From Candidatus Falkowbacteria bacterium (GTDB taxonomy: Bacteria > Patescibacteriota > Patescibacteriia > Patescibacteriales > UBA12465): a stretch of DNA of 64,000 nucleotides. The number at the start of each line of letters is the position of its first letter. Position 1 is the stretch's first letter. The translations under genes were made by a program, and so were the position numbers. Shown here piece after piece: positions 37,864-48,298 of this stretch. Location of the stretch: contig JBAXPN010000004.1 of NCBI GenBank assembly GCA_037132255.1, forward strand, positions 17,997-81,996, written 5' to 3'. The notes beneath the pieces are model-generated. The model worked only from the letters and a program-made list of their open reading frames with translations, was not told the origin of the DNA and ran no database searches.

Positions 37864-39129
37864 TTAGAATTTTAGAATGCTTTTTATTTTATTCTCCTTA
37901 AGATTTCCAATAATTGCTAAGTTCAAGCCTTGATTCTTAAATATCTGACGGGCAACAACAAGCAGCTCGTCCGGTGTAATTTTTTTTACTTTCTTAATTA
38001 AGTCTCCCGGAGTCATTACCTGACGGCGATACATTGCTTGGCGAGCATACCAATTAGCTAGATTGTCAGATGCCTCCATTTGCAGTAGTATTTTGCCTTG
38101 TAGCAGGTCTTTAGCGCGTTTCAATTCTTTAAGAGGAATTAATTCTTCACTTATTCTTTTATACTCCTCTAAAATTATTTTTATCGCCGCTTCTGTTTTT
38201 ATGCTCGGCACACCGGCTTGAGTCGTTAAGTATCCAGAGTCAGAATAAAACTCCGTGCTAGTACGGACATAATAGGCGAGACCATTGCGTTCACGTAAAT
38301 TAATAAATAAGCGCGAGCTCATTGAACCGCCGAGAACAATAGATAATAATTTAGCTTTAAGTTCATCTGGATGATCAATCGGGAAAGTTCTAACTCCAAG
38401 TGAGAGCGCAATTTGATCGGTTTTTTTCGAAGAAATTTTAAGTTGCGGTGTTTTCTGATTTTCAATAACAGCTTTTTTCGCCTCTTGTTTATTGGACTTA
38501 AAATTAGTAAATATTTTAGCCACTAATTTTTTATCTTTTGGTTTGATTGCGCCAGCAATAACAATATAAACACTTTTTGTGCCGTACTGAGTTTCAAGAT
38601 ATTTAATTAAATCCTCTCTTTTAAAACTGCGGATATTTTCTTTAGTACCAATAGTTTCCCAGCCTGCCGGTGTATCGCCATAGAGACAATCTTCAAAAAC
38701 ATCCTCAATATGCATTTGCGGATTATCCTCGTACATATTCAACTCCTCAATGATAACTCCTTTTTCACGCTCAATTTCTTCGGGGTCAAACAAGGAATTA
38801 AATAGCATGTCGCCCATAATATCAAGCGCCTTGCCAAGCTTATTGTTTGCAACCTTAAAAAAATAACCAGTATATTCCTTCGACGTAAAAGCATTATACT
38901 CTCCTCCTAGGGAGTCCATCTCGCTAGCCAAAGCTAAAGTATTTGGCCGTTTTTTAGTACCCTTAAAAAAAAGATGCTCCAAGAAATGTGAAATTCCGCT
39001 ATTAGCACGGGTTTCATATTTTGAGCCAGTTTTAAAGAGAACAAGGGCGGTGGTTGTTTTAGCCCCTTTTATTGGGATAGTAAAAACTGGTACTTTATTT
39101 GACAAAAATGACTTTTTATAATTATTCAT
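37864..39129 (-). CDS. M16-family zinc peptidase (pitrilysin-like)
   Basis: HFLEHLFFKGT (inverted HxxEH zinc motif) in a two-domain M16 layout. Confidence 0.88.
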   Translation of the reverse strand: MNNYKKSFLSNKVPVFTIPIKGAKTTTALVLFKTGSKYETRANSGISHFLEHLFFKGTKKRPNTLALASEMDSLGGEYNAFTSKEYTGYFFKVANNKLGKALDIMGDMLFNSLFDPEEIEREKGVIIEELNMYEDNPQMHIEDVFEDCLYGDTPAGWETIGTKENIRSFKREDLIKYLETQYGTKSVYIVIAGAIKPKDKKLVAKIFTNFKSNKQEAKKAVIENQKTPQLKISSKKTDQIALSLGVRTFPIDHPDELKAKLLSIVLGGSMSSRLFINLRERNGLAYYVRTSTEFYSDSGYLTTQAGVPSIKTEAAIKIILEEYKRISEELIPLKELKRAKDLLQGKILLQMEASDNLANWYARQAMYRRQVMTPGDLIKKVKKITPDELLVVARQIFKNQGLNLAIIGNLKENKIKSILKF

Positions 39130-39174
39130 AACATTAATTTACAATATTTAGATGTTCTAAACTTAGCATATTTT

Positions 39175-39183
39175 TGCTATAAT
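39175..39183 (+). promoter_or_regulatory. Extended -10 promoter upstream of radC
   Basis: TGCTATAAT. No good -35 element is present. Confidence 0.45.
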
Positions 39184-39304
39184 TTAAAGATAGGGATGAA
39201 TTATCTCTTTTTAATTAAAAAATACAAATATGGCATATAAAATTAGCGACCATAATTTTGTTTTAAATCATGGCAAGCAATATAAAATTCAGGCTGTCTG
39301 AGAT

Positions 39305-39946
39305 TTGCCGGATGAAGAAAAGCCACGCGAGAAACTGATTCAAAATGGCGCCGGTGCTCTAAGCTCAGTTGAGCTACTCGCTATCGTACTTGGAGTAGGT
39401 ACAAAAAAAGAAGAGGTTTTTTCAATGGCTAACCGTCTGCTTCGAGAATACGGAGAGAAAGGCATCGCCTATCAAAAAGACCCAACAATAATCGAGAAGG
39501 ACTTAAAAATACCTCTCATTAAGGCCTGCCAAATAGTCGCCTGTTTTGAATTAGGGCGACGCTTTTATCAGAAACGGCCAGGAGGATCCATCACTATTCG
39601 CACTGCGCAACAGGCCCACAACTATCTCAAAGACATGGGCAATTTAAATAAAGAACAATTCCGCGGACTCTATCTTAATACTCATTATCAATTAATTCAC
39701 GATGAAGTTATTTCGATTGGCACGCTAGACGCCTCGCTAGTCCAGCCACGTGAAGTTTTCCGTCCCGCTTTAGAATATTCGGCCGCCGCTTTAATCATTG
39801 CGCATAATCATCCCTCGGGAGTTCTTAAGGCAACTAAAGCCGATGTTGAAATAACCAATAAATTAATTGAAGCTGGCCGAATTCTTGATATTGGAGTTCT
39901 TGATCATTTAATTATCGGAAAAAATAAATTTGCCAGTATCATCTAA
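39305..39946 (+). CDS. radC: RadC-like JAB-domain protein
   Basis: EEKPREKLIQNGAGALSSVELLAIVLGVGTK, then the JAMM motif IIAHNHPSG. The apparent TTG start follows an in-frame TGA (see findings). Confidence 0.88.
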   Translation: MPDEEKPREKLIQNGAGALSSVELLAIVLGVGTKKEEVFSMANRLLREYGEKGIAYQKDPTIIEKDLKIPLIKACQIVACFELGRRFYQKRPGGSITIRTAQQAHNYLKDMGNLNKEQFRGLYLNTHYQLIHDEVISIGTLDASLVQPREVFRPALEYSAAALIIAHNHPSGVLKATKADVEITNKLIEAGRILDIGVLDHLIIGKNKFASII

Positions 39947-39952
39947 TATTTT

Positions 39953-40234
39953 ATGCCTAAGAAATATAAAATTACTCCAGTTGCCTGGTTAGTTAAGGAT
40001 GAAGCGAGTGTAAAATTTCATGTCGAAAATAATGATTACTTCGGAACAATCGCCGCCGTGCTTAGTTTAATCAAAGAGGAAATAAAAAAAGGTAAGCAAA
40101 GCGATTTGCCTACCTTTAATAAAGTTTTAAAAAATTTAGAAGAGGAATTATTATTCTTGCAAAAAAATTATCAAATTAATCCCAAGAGCAAGAAAAAGAA
40201 TAAGACGCCAAAGGGCAAACTAATTAGCCAATGA
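39953..40234 (+). CDS. Hypothetical 93-aa protein
   Basis: The ORF starts 6 nt after the radC stop and has a lysine-rich tail. Its 3' end overlaps the convergent gene by 64 nt. I recognise no family. Confidence 0.45.
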   Translation: MPKKYKITPVAWLVKDEASVKFHVENNDYFGTIAAVLSLIKEEIKKGKQSDLPTFNKVLKNLEEELLFLQKNYQINPKSKKKNKTPKGKLISQ

Positions 40235-41472
40235 TCAAGAAGCATTAAAATAACAAGAGGCAACAAAATTGCCCAAGCGAATTGTTCCCTTCGACCATTC
40301 TTAATTAAGAAAAATAAGAAAATTAAGAAAGACAAAAAAGAAAAAAGTCCGCTTTCAGTCCAAAGCAATAAAAACGTATTATGAACCGGCTGATATTCCC
40401 AGGCGGGTTTTTTATTATTATCCGCTAAAGCAACTGCTACGCTATAATTACCAATCCCAACTCCGGAAAGAAAGCTTTTCTGGAGAAGATTACTCGCCTG
40501 AACTATATAAGCTTCGCGCTCAGTAATTGATTTCTGTTCGAGTCTAGTCTGCGCATCAAGACGAACCATTAAAAGTTCTTGGTAGGGTGTCGCCGCTATA
40601 CCGACGAGCACGGCCGAAAAAAAGATTAGAGCGATAAAACGGCTCAGTATCCATTTATCCTTTTTGACAATAAAAATGACTAAAAGAGCAATAAAACCAG
40701 TAGCCAACGCTATCCAGGAGCTGCGCGAAAAAGTAAAAAATAAGGCATAAAGAGAAACAAAATAAAAAATGAAAAGAAACACGGAAGATGAAACTTCTTT
40801 GCGGGTATTTAACATCTTTTGTTTCGCTAAAAGATAAGCGGCTAGAATTAAAGCGATTGCTAAAACACCACCTAAAATATTAGGGTGATCTAGCCCTCCA
40901 TAAGCGCGCAGCCAACGCCCGTTGGCGGTCTCAACGACGGCTGTTCCAAGAGTTGAGGGATTATGGGCGGCAATCCCTAAATATTTAAAAGCGAATGAAC
41001 TTTGGGTCAAAAACTGATAGATGCCAAGACAGGCTTGAAGAAAAACACTAAAGAGTAAACTGTATATTAAAATAAATTTATTAAAGAGTGAGTCCTGATA
41101 ACTTCTCGGCATTGTTCCCGATCGAACAATAAAAAATAAACTAAGACCGGATAAAAAAATAAAATAGCGATAAGCGGCAAGAATTTGATCGGGCGCGAAA
41201 AAAATAGAAATAAAAATAAATATTTCTAAAGCGGCTAATGAATAAATAATTGGCTTATTCTCTTCGTCCGCGTTTTTTTCCCTTAACCTAAGCGCTAAAA
41301 ATAAAAGGAGAATAACTAAAAGAAGAATCAAACTGAAATAAATGCTTATTTCTGAATAATTTGTTTCGGCCGGACGAATAATTATTTTTGCCTGCCAGGG
41401 CAAAATAAATATAAATAGATAAGTTAAATACTCAGTTGCTTTCCTTAAAAATTTCGCGAATTTTGTTTCCAT
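40171..41472 (-). CDS. O-antigen-ligase/Wzy_C-family polytopic membrane protein (433 aa)
   Basis: About 10-12 TM helices, the FSRSSWIALATGF motif and a DHPNILGGV loop. Confidence 0.75.
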   Translation of the reverse strand: METKFAKFLRKATEYLTYLFIFILPWQAKIIIRPAETNYSEISIYFSLILLLVILLLFLALRLREKNADEENKPIIYSLAALEIFIFISIFFAPDQILAAYRYFIFLSGLSLFFIVRSGTMPRSYQDSLFNKFILIYSLLFSVFLQACLGIYQFLTQSSFAFKYLGIAAHNPSTLGTAVVETANGRWLRAYGGLDHPNILGGVLAIALILAAYLLAKQKMLNTRKEVSSSVFLFIFYFVSLYALFFTFSRSSWIALATGFIALLVIFIVKKDKWILSRFIALIFFSAVLVGIAATPYQELLMVRLDAQTRLEQKSITEREAYIVQASNLLQKSFLSGVGIGNYSVAVALADNNKKPAWEYQPVHNTFLLLWTESGLFSFLSFLIFLFFLIKNGRREQFAWAILLPLVILMLLDHWLISLPFGVLFFFLLLGLI

Positions 41473-42322
41473 ATTTTTCCGCGTATTCTTGGCGGTTATC
41501 AGTTAGATAGAGTTTTAAGACCTCATCATTGACAACAACACCAGTTGAATTATTCATCGCCTGTTTTAAGGCGGGCGACATTATTTTAAATTGTATTTTT
41601 TTTGACAATGTCTCAAAAAAATTCAGGATAATGCTTTCTAACTTATTTCTGTCTAGACTTTTTTCTAAACTTAAATCAACCGGTCTCTCTTTGATAACAT
41701 TGTTAGCTTCAAGAAATCGCTCATAGGCTCCATCTTTATTATACAACAAAATTAAACTTCGAAGCCAGTAATAGAAATAAGGATCGTCAGTTTCTAATTT
41801 TAAGCTATCCAAATTTAAATGTTTCGTCGTTATATAGAAACTCAGACAAATTTTATCCCGTTTATTACGTGCTGTTGGGCGACGATTAAGAAATTTTGCG
41901 GCGCTGGCCATTATTAGACGGGTCAGCCAGATTCTCCGAGGCGCACATATCACAAAAATATCGATATCACTGCCGTCGCGCAGATTATGCGACCCGATTG
42001 AGTTAGCTAGTGCAATTGCTTTTATAAAAGGGAGCCACTTAAATAATTTAATAAACCGCTGAGCGCTCTTCAGCTTGCGATTAGAGTAATTATAACGATG
42101 CGCCCTGTTCGCAATTATTTCCTCGCGACCAGCCAGAAAAAATAGACCATTTTTAGCTCCGATAAAGCTATTTTCTGTCTCTAAGAGCGTCTTAATTTTC
42201 ACAAGTTCTGTCTGTTTGCCAGAATATTTCCATATTTCAAAAGCACTAAGCGGATGGTCAAAAAGATCAAAAAAAGCTAAGACTTTTTTGGCTTGTATTA
42301 GTATTTCTTCGTTATTTTCCAT
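41432..42322 (-). CDS. Predicted nucleotidyltransferase-fold protein (296 aa)
   Basis: GSHNLRDGSDIDIFVI fits the minimal NTase motif G[SG]x9-13[DE]x[DE]. It overlaps the downstream Wzy_C gene by 41 nt. Confidence 0.55.
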   Translation of the reverse strand: MENNEEILIQAKKVLAFFDLFDHPLSAFEIWKYSGKQTELVKIKTLLETENSFIGAKNGLFFLAGREEIIANRAHRYNYSNRKLKSAQRFIKLFKWLPFIKAIALANSIGSHNLRDGSDIDIFVICAPRRIWLTRLIMASAAKFLNRRPTARNKRDKICLSFYITTKHLNLDSLKLETDDPYFYYWLRSLILLYNKDGAYERFLEANNVIKERPVDLSLEKSLDRNKLESIILNFFETLSKKIQFKIMSPALKQAMNNSTGVVVNDEVLKLYLTDNRQEYAEKYGNKIREIFKESN

Positions 42323-42360
42323 GTCTTAATTATAGTATATTAGGCCTATTTATTATAGTA

Positions 42361-42389
42361 TTGACAAAGCAATGCTTTTATTATATATT
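42361..42389 (+). promoter_or_regulatory. Candidate promoter for the 164-aa membrane protein
   Basis: TTGACA (42361-42366), a 17-nt spacer, then TATATT (42384-42389). Confidence 0.55.
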
Positions 42390-42458
42390 TAACAGTCTAG
42401 TTCTTTTAATTACAATTAATATAAATCCAATAAGTTTAACCAAAAAAACCATTAAAAC

Positions 42459-42953
42459 ATGAGAAATTACTTAAATGTAAGTTTCTGGACCACCCTGGCA
42501 GTTGTGGCCCTAACCATTATTTCGAAGTACTACAGCCTTTCAATCGAGGCAAGCCTGGCAGCTATTACACCTTTTTTGAGCATCGGAGTTCTACTCTACA
42601 CAGCGCTCGACTTATTCGTTTTAAGCCATAACCGGTCTGAAATTAACGGCATCTATCGCCACGTACCAATGATGGTTGCGGCTCTATCCTACTCTCTGTG
42701 TGGAATCATTCTATCAGCCCTGATGTATAAAGAAGGCCTTGATTGGCAGATCGCCAACTTTATATTATTTTGCATAACCGGTCTCTTTATCTTCCACACC
42801 GTGATTGCAACAAGCAATAACGGTCACGGCCTCTCAAGTAATAGAAGCCCTCTTAGTGAGGATGATGAGGTAACAGATTGCTTTTGGAAAATAATAATCC
42901 AAATGATTATAAACTGCTTAATTATTTTGGCAATAAACCATTACATGGCATAG
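42459..42953 (+). CDS. Four-TM membrane protein, unknown function (164 aa)
   Basis: Hydrophobic helices throughout. It has its own promoter and terminator. Confidence 0.6.
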   Translation: MRNYLNVSFWTTLAVVALTIISKYYSLSIEASLAAITPFLSIGVLLYTALDLFVLSHNRSEINGIYRHVPMMVAALSYSLCGIILSALMYKEGLDWQIANFILFCITGLFIFHTVIATSNNGHGLSSNRSPLSEDDEVTDCFWKIIIQMIINCLIILAINHYMA

Positions 42954-42977
42954 CGCCACGTGAGTAAAAAAAAATAA

Positions 42978-43002
42978 CCCCTGACAAAAATCAGGGGTTT
43001 TT
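42978..43002. terminator. Bidirectional terminator between convergent genes
   Basis: CCCCTGA-CAAAAA-TCAGGGG is flanked by an A-run upstream and TTTTT downstream. Confidence 0.8.
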
Positions 43003-43026
43003 AAATATAGAAAATATTTTTTTGAG

Positions 43027-44172
43027 CTAGGAATTGTTTTTTGGCTTATCTATTTTCATCGGCTCAATTTTACTTTCACTGTCTGTTATTTTGGTCACAT
43101 CCTTATCAATCTTCTTAAATTCCACATAGGCATTATTATAATGATTAACGGTCGTCGACATACTCGTGCCGAGTTTCTTCATGAAATCATCATAACTATT
43201 CATATGCTTACCAAGCTTTTCAATATTAACTCGAATCTCTTTAGCTTTTTCCTCAATCTGCATTGCTTTTAATCCTTGCAAAACGGTTTGCAAGTAAGCA
43301 AGAAAAGAGGTCGGGGAGACAATAATAACTTTCTTGTCTCGGAAGGCATATTCAATTAAATCGCGAGCATTAACTTTAACGGCGCCAACCTTATTAACCA
43401 ATAAATCATAATAGATAGCTTCTGATGGAATAAACATGAAAGCGAATTCCATGGTTTTTCTTTCCGGTAAAACATACTTTGCAGTTTCATCAATTCTGTT
43501 TTTCAAATCCTGTTTGAAAATTGCTTCAAATTTTTCCCGGGATTCACTATCAGTGGCATTCAAAATACGTTCGTAGTTTTCGAGAGAAAATTTCGCATCA
43601 ATCGGAATAACTTTATCTTTTACAAAAACAACCGCATCAACAATTAAGTCCTTGCCGGTCTTCTCATTCTTGCCCATTTTATATTGCATCTCATAAGATC
43701 CGGGCGGCAAAACATTTTTTAAAGTTTCCTCTAAAAAATACTCGCCTAAAACTCCTCTTTGTTTTGGATTTTTTAAAATATCTTGTAGATTTTGCAATTG
43801 AGCAGAAAAATTTACCACCTGTTTATTCGTCTCATCAAGTTTTGTTAATTTCTCAGTAACTTCGGAAATTAGTTTTGCGGATTGTGCGGTTATATTTTGG
43901 ACAATACGAGTGGTCTGCCCAAATTGATCTTGATTAGTTTTATGAGTTTCAGATAATTTTCTATCTAGCTCCTGTCGCAGTTCACTGTTCTGTGTGGAAA
44001 GATGGGAAAGTTTTTCTGATTGTTGGATTAAACGCTCCGCAAGCGCATCGAGTTTAATATCTCCACTGCCGCTCTCTTTGCGACGCAATAATAACACTAT
44101 CACGACAATAACGCCGACAATTAAGACCGCCAATAAAAAAATAGAAAGGTAATTATTCATAAATCTAATCAA
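43027..44172 (-). CDS. rmuC: DNA recombination protein RmuC
   Basis: N-terminal TM helix, a long coiled coil, and a C-terminal RmuC nuclease-like core (VIPIDAKFSLENYERI, FAFMFIPSEAIY). Confidence 0.88.
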   Translation of the reverse strand: MIRFMNNYLSIFLLAVLIVGVIVVIVLLLRRKESGSGDIKLDALAERLIQQSEKLSHLSTQNSELRQELDRKLSETHKTNQDQFGQTTRIVQNITAQSAKLISEVTEKLTKLDETNKQVVNFSAQLQNLQDILKNPKQRGVLGEYFLEETLKNVLPPGSYEMQYKMGKNEKTGKDLIVDAVVFVKDKVIPIDAKFSLENYERILNATDSESREKFEAIFKQDLKNRIDETAKYVLPERKTMEFAFMFIPSEAIYYDLLVNKVGAVKVNARDLIEYAFRDKKVIIVSPTSFLAYLQTVLQGLKAMQIEEKAKEIRVNIEKLGKHMNSYDDFMKKLGTSMSTTVNHYNNAYVEFKKIDKDVTKITDSESKIEPMKIDKPKNNS

Positions 44173-44178
44173 AAGCTT

Positions 44179-44607
44179 TTATTTTCGAAGTAAGTCACGA
44201 ATCTCCGCTAATAATTCCTGATCCTTTGTTAGTGGCGCGGGAGGCGTTTCTGATTTTTCTTCGTCTTTGCTTAATTGCGCCTTTAAACGTCCAATAATTT
44301 TTACCATCAAGAAAATCACGATGGCGATAATTACAAAATCAAAAACATTTTGAATAAAAACGCCAATATTCATGGTCACAGCCGGGCTTATCGCGCCGGA
44401 GTGGCCAATCATACTTTTTTTAAGTGTCCATCTAATTGTAGCAAAATTTACTCCTCCCAAAACAACACCGACGAGAGGCATTATTACATCGGCCACGAGG
44501 GACGAAACAATTTTTCCAAAAGCGCCACCGATGATAACCGCTACCGCCAAATCCATAACGTTACCTTTGACGGCAAACTCTTTAAACTCGCGAATATATT
44601 TTTTCAT
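44179..44607 (-). CDS. mscL: Large-conductance mechanosensitive channel
   Basis: [35 protein letters not shown] chose the Met at 44607; the ORF track extends to 44631. Confidence 0.92.
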   Translation of the reverse strand: MKKYIREFKEFAVKGNVMDLAVAVIIGGAFGKIVSSLVADVIMPLVGVVLGGVNFATIRWTLKKSMIGHSGAISPAVTMNIGVFIQNVFDFVIIAIVIFLMVKIIGRLKAQLSKDEEKSETPPAPLTKDQELLAEIRDLLRK

Positions 44608-44649
44608 ATGATTAAAATAAAAGACCGACAAGAAGCCGGCTCTTATATA

Positions 44650-47178
44650 TTAGACCCAAGTAACACCAGCAACTTTATCGTTATCTTCTTTAAAGCGCAT
44701 AATTCTTACGCCTTGAGTATCACGGCCGAGCACGCTCACCGTCTTAAACGGAGTGCGTATTACCTGGCCGTTCTCTGAAATAATAATTATATCTCTTCCT
44801 TCCATGCTGTCCGCATTAACTAAGAAGGCATTCGTAATATCACCCGTCTTATCAGTTACTTTCGCAGTCTTAATACCACTACCGCCGCGGCCCTGAACTT
44901 TATAAGAGCTGAGCTCAGTTCGTTTGCCGAAACCATGAGCCATGATTGTTAATATTTGATAATTTCTTTTCTTTTCTTTATCGGTCTTAGCAATGCCAAC
45001 ACCAATTAAAGTATCGTCTTTATGTAAACGAATACCATGAACACCAGCGGCGCCACGACCCATGTCGCGGACATCAGTTTCTTTAAATCTAATTGCTTGA
45101 CCCTTAGCAGTTATAAGTTGAATATGATCGCTGCCAGAAGTTGGCTTAACCCAAATCAACTTATCATCATCTTTAATCTTAATCGCAATTAAACCGCTGC
45201 GACGAACATTCGCAAAAGCAGATAGTTCAACTTTCTTAACAAGACCTTTTTCAGTTGCAAAGAATAAATACTTACTAAAAACCGCTTTATCTAATGGCAA
45301 GATTGACGAGACTTGTTCGCCACCAATTAATTGTAAAAAGTTTACAACTGGCGTCCCCTTGGCGATTCTTGATGCCTGTGGAATTTCGTAAACTTTAAGT
45401 TGGAATACTCGGCCCTTGGTCGTGAAGAATAAAACATCGTTATGGGTTTGAGAGGTAAACATGAATTCGACCGTGTCTTCTTCTTTGGTCGTTAGACCCA
45501 TTACGCCTTTGCCGCCACGAGCTTGTACTTTAAAAGTATCTGGCTCTAGTCGTTTAATATAACCATCACGGGTCATCATGACCACAGTTTCTTCATTCGG
45601 AACTAAGTCCTCCATGCTGAATTCCCCAACGCCATGGGCAATAACCTCGGTTCTTCTTTCGTCACCATATTTATCAGCCAGAACGCGAAGTTCATCTTTA
45701 ACAATTTTTCTAATACGAGCCACTGATTTCAAAATTGCTTCAAGTTCTTTAATTAGAGCCATCTTTTCTTTTAATTCCTGTTCAACTTTTAATTGCTCAA
45801 GATTGGCTAAGTTTTGGAGACGCATCTCTAAAATAGCAATTGCCTGGCGTTCCGATAATTTAAATTTCTTTATTAAATTTAATTTAGCGACCTCCTTATC
45901 TTTTGATGCCTTAATTGTTTTAATAACTTCATCAATATGCTTAAGCGCAATCATCAAACCTTCTAAAATATGCGCTCTGTCTTTCGCTTTATTTAAATCA
46001 AATTGAGTTCTTCGGCGGACAACCGTTTCGCGGTGCTTAATATACTCTTCAAGAATCATCTTTAGAGTTAAAACTTTCGGCTGAATACCATCAACGAGAG
46101 CCAACATATTAAGATGGAAGGTCGTCTGTAGTGATGTGTGTTTATATAAACTATTTAAAATCTTTTTCGGATATGAATCTTTCTTCAACTCCATAACAAC
46201 GCGAACACCGTCCTTATCAGACTCGTCGCGTAGAGCTTTGATTCCTTCAATTTTTTTATCCTTAACAAGATCGGCTATTTTTTCTACTAAGTCAGCTTTA
46301 TTAACTTGATATGGAATTTCAGAAATTATAATTTGGAAAGCGCCGCCCTTTTGCTCCTCAATATCAGCGCGTCCACGTAAAACTATTCCGCCTTTACCAG
46401 TAGCGTAAGCAGCTAAAATTTCTTTTTTGTCATAAATCATGCCTCCGGTCGGAAAGTCGGGACCCTTAACAAATTTCATTAAGTCCTCGATACTCGCCTC
46501 CGGATTTTCAATTAAATGATCAATGGCATCAGCCAGCTCTTTTAAATTATGAGGCGGGATATTGGTCGCCATGCCAACGGCGATACCCATGGTTCCGTTC
46601 AATAATAAATTCGGAAGTTTAGCTGGAAGAACGCGCGGTTCTTTATGGCTGCCATCATAGTTAGGTATAAAATCAACAGTGTCTTTATCAATATCAAAAA
46701 GCATTTCCTCAGAAATAGCCGAAAGTTTTGCCTCAGTATAACGCATGGCCGCCGCGTTGTCTCCGTCCATTGAACCGAAGTTTCCTTGCCCACGGACAAG
46801 CGGATAGCGCATGGAAAAATCCTGTGCCATACGAACCATTGAATCATAGACAGCAGAGTCGCCATGAGGATGGTACTTACCTAAAACTTCACCGACGACA
46901 GTCGCCGATTTTCTAAATTTTACATTAGCTCTTAAACCAATACTCCACATCGCGTAAAGAATACGGCGATGGACTGGTTTTAAACCATCGCGTACATCCG
47001 GTAAGGCACGAGAAACGATAACGCTCATGGCATATTCCAAATAAGACTTGCTCATTTCATCAACAAGCGGCTGGTCTTCAATTATTCCATATTCGGTTTG
47101 GCGACGCGAGTTAGCAACGATTGCCGGCGCGTCATCATCTTGAATTTTCTTTTTTGGCTCTTTGTCTGTATTTGGCAT
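44650..47178 (-). CDS. gyrA: DNA gyrase subunit A
   Basis: [17 protein letters not shown], active-site AAMRYTE (Tyr), and a C-terminal beta-pinwheel with repeated GxG blades. No gyrB is adjacent. Confidence 0.97.
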   Translation of the reverse strand: MPNTDKEPKKKIQDDDAPAIVANSRRQTEYGIIEDQPLVDEMSKSYLEYAMSVIVSRALPDVRDGLKPVHRRILYAMWSIGLRANVKFRKSATVVGEVLGKYHPHGDSAVYDSMVRMAQDFSMRYPLVRGQGNFGSMDGDNAAAMRYTEAKLSAISEEMLFDIDKDTVDFIPNYDGSHKEPRVLPAKLPNLLLNGTMGIAVGMATNIPPHNLKELADAIDHLIENPEASIEDLMKFVKGPDFPTGGMIYDKKEILAAYATGKGGIVLRGRADIEEQKGGAFQIIISEIPYQVNKADLVEKIADLVKDKKIEGIKALRDESDKDGVRVVMELKKDSYPKKILNSLYKHTSLQTTFHLNMLALVDGIQPKVLTLKMILEEYIKHRETVVRRRTQFDLNKAKDRAHILEGLMIALKHIDEVIKTIKASKDKEVAKLNLIKKFKLSERQAIAILEMRLQNLANLEQLKVEQELKEKMALIKELEAILKSVARIRKIVKDELRVLADKYGDERRTEVIAHGVGEFSMEDLVPNEETVVMMTRDGYIKRLEPDTFKVQARGGKGVMGLTTKEEDTVEFMFTSQTHNDVLFFTTKGRVFQLKVYEIPQASRIAKGTPVVNFLQLIGGEQVSSILPLDKAVFSKYLFFATEKGLVKKVELSAFANVRRSGLIAIKIKDDDKLIWVKPTSGSDHIQLITAKGQAIRFKETDVRDMGRGAAGVHGIRLHKDDTLIGVGIAKTDKEKKRNYQILTIMAHGFGKRTELSSYKVQGRGGSGIKTAKVTDKTGDITNAFLVNADSMEGRDIIIISENGQVIRTPFKTVSVLGRDTQGVRIMRFKEDNDKVAGVTWV

Positions 47179-47188
47179 AAATAAAAAA

Positions 47189-47689
47189 TTAATACGCGAT
47201 TTGTGTTATTCCCTCGCAACCGACAGGAATCTCGCAAGGCTTAGCCTCACCGATGGTCGGCATACAATCTATATAAGGAGGGCAATCTTTTTTTATTTCT
47301 GATGGGCTTGAGCTCGCAATTGGAGTTGGAGTTGGAGTTGGGGTTGTACTTGTCACAGAATCAGTAACTGCTGGAATAGAGCTTGAATCAATTACCATGT
47401 CGGAACTCGAGGCGGCAAGAATTAATTCATTAACCAGAGAACTACTAGCTGCCTTCAAACGCGCGTTAGTCGCTTCAATTTCCGCTAAACTAGAACTCAT
47501 CTTATCGATAGTATCATTAAAATCGGCGCGGATACTTTTCCATTGTTCATTGCTCTGGCCGGCGTCGACCTCGGCATTATATCGGAAGACATTTTTAATA
47601 TTTAAAACCCAAAAAATCAGGATTAAAACCATTAGCGAAATAATCCCAACTTTCATTAAAAATTTTTTCTTCTCTTCCTCGCTCTCCAT
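47189..47689 (-). CDS. Single-pass membrane protein with a TP-repeat linker and a C-terminal Cys motif (166 aa)
   Basis: TM helix [16 protein letters not shown], then TPTPTPTP, then [25 protein letters not shown]. Confidence 0.6.
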   Translation of the reverse strand: MESEEEKKKFLMKVGIISLMVLILIFWVLNIKNVFRYNAEVDAGQSNEQWKSIRADFNDTIDKMSSSLAEIEATNARLKAASSSLVNELILAASSSDMVIDSSSIPAVTDSVTSTTPTPTPTPIASSSPSEIKKDCPPYIDCMPTIGEAKPCEIPVGCEGITQIAY

Positions 47690-47691
47690 AC

Positions 47692-48294
47692 TTATTCCTT
47701 TATACCGTCCAAATTAATATCATATAAAATTTGCTCGGCAATTAAACGATACTGCAAAATTTCTGATTCAGTAAACCAAATTGGTATCTCACGAGCTGCA
47801 TCACTTGCTGGATCAGAACAGTGAATCAAGTTTCTCACTGCACGACTATCAAGACTTGCTAATTCATATGAATCTAAAGTATAGTCACCGCGAAGTGTTC
47901 CACTATCTGAAGACAAGGGCTCGGTTGAGCCGACAATTTTTTTAACGATGCCGACAGCTTGATTACCTTCCCAGATCATCGGCACTATCGGACCGCAACT
48001 CATAAATTTAACGAGAGCACGAATTATATCTTTTCCATATTCAATCGCTTCTTTTTCAATTGGCATGCCCATGGCAGTTCTTTCTTCAATTGTGCGATTT
48101 CCTTTCTTTAAAAACCATTCATCATCCTTACTATAATGATTCCAAAGTTGTTCTTCGGTCGCGTTAACCATTTTTAGAGCGACCAATTTTAAGCCGGTAT
48201 TTTCAATACGCTTAATAACTTCACCAATCAAGCCACGTTGCACGGCGTCGGGCTTAAGAATAACAAATGTTCTTTCTTTTTTCGGATTAATCAT
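47692..48294 (-). CDS. ndk: Nucleoside diphosphate kinase, long variant (200 aa)
   Basis: ERTFVILKPDAVQRGLIGEVI, active-site NLIHCSD and REIPIWF. It has insertions relative to the ~140-aa canonical form. Confidence 0.88.
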   Translation of the reverse strand: MINPKKERTFVILKPDAVQRGLIGEVIKRIENTGLKLVALKMVNATEEQLWNHYSKDDEWFLKKGNRTIEERTAMGMPIEKEAIEYGKDIIRALVKFMSCGPIVPMIWEGNQAVGIVKKIVGSTEPLSSDSGTLRGDYTLDSYELASLDSRAVRNLIHCSDPASDAAREIPIWFTESEILQYRLIAEQILYDINLDGIKE

Positions 48295-48298
48295 AAAT

